Of a DNA stretch of 41,566 nucleotides, positions 41,212 to 41,566 are shown one piece after another. The stretch is from NCBI GenBank assembly GCA_013139765.1, contig WTAE01000077.1, forward strand, positions 1 to 41,566, read 5' to 3'. The position numbers and the translations under genes were made by a program. The notes under the pieces are model-generated. The model worked only from the letters and a program-made list of their open reading frames with translations, ran no database searches and had not been told where the DNA came from. Position 1 is the first letter of the stretch, and every line of letters begins with the position of its first letter. Origin of the DNA: Sulfurovum sp. (lineage in GTDB: Bacteria > Campylobacterota > Campylobacteria > Campylobacterales > Sulfurovaceae).

Positions 41212-41566
41212 ATGAAAGAAAGTAAGACTATCAAAAAGCTAGCAATAACACTATTTATAATTGCTATTGCTGGATTTGGATACATAGTATATATATCTAA
41301 AGCTTTGTCATATCTATCTAGTGATCCAAAAGCTTGTATCAACTGTCATGTTATGAATACGCAGTATGCTACATGGCAACACAGTTCACATGCTAGAGAA
41401 GCAACATGTATTGAGTGTCACTTACCAACAGATGGATTTGTAGAAAAGTATATGGCAAAAGCACTTGATGGATGGAACCATTCAAAAGCATTTACACTAA
41501 ATACTTATGACCATGCTATGAAGATTAGTGATGATGGGGCGAGAAGAGTACAGGAGAACTGTATTT
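41212..41566 (+). CDS. nrfH: Cytochrome c nitrite reductase small subunit (tetraheme, membrane-anchored); runs off the window
   Basis: Not in the ORF track. AAGGAGG RBS; TM helix, then SKALSYLSSDPKACINCHVMNTQYATWQHSSH, CIECH, QENCI, closely resembling Wolinella NrfH. Confidence 0.95.
   Translation, partial: MKESKTIKKLAITLFIIAIAGFGYIVYISKALSYLSSDPKACINCHVMNTQYATWQHSSHAREATCIECHLPTDGFVEKYMAKALDGWNHSKAFTLNTYDHAMKISDDGARRVQENCI

Overview
Window from a Campylobacterota (epsilonproteobacterial) chromosome. Gene content and order suggest a Sulfurovum-like organism; this is inferred from synteny and protein style, not from a search. Most of it is core genome: purU-leuB-leuD, rpoD, a CinA-like/MFS/DTW cluster, ppa, two tandem amidases, fabX-like, tyrS, spoT, rpoZ, pyrH, rpmA, rplU, ridA, thiF-like, nitrilase-like, xseB, metX, metY, guaB, gatA, ileS, pncC, tRNA-Lys, tRNA-Asp and the start of nrfH. 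The striking part is an ~11.5 kb accessory tract directly downstream of rpoD (4339-~15900). Its first 7.2 kb (Na+/H+ antiporter, truncated beta-barrel, exported CX5R phosphatase, exported sulfatase, exported patatin) is bracketed by a 170-bp direct repeat of the rpoD 3' end. The two copies differ by 6 substitutions, all synonymous, and each is followed by a structurally conserved GGTCGG hairpin. No integrase is visible. The tract also holds three related remnants of a REP-associated tyrosine transposase (RAYT)-like element at module boundaries, and a GTAG REP doublet lies between metY and metX. A second small accessory patch (membrane protein + higBA) sits between guaB and metY. All calls are by eye from sequence and motif recognition; no database searches were run.
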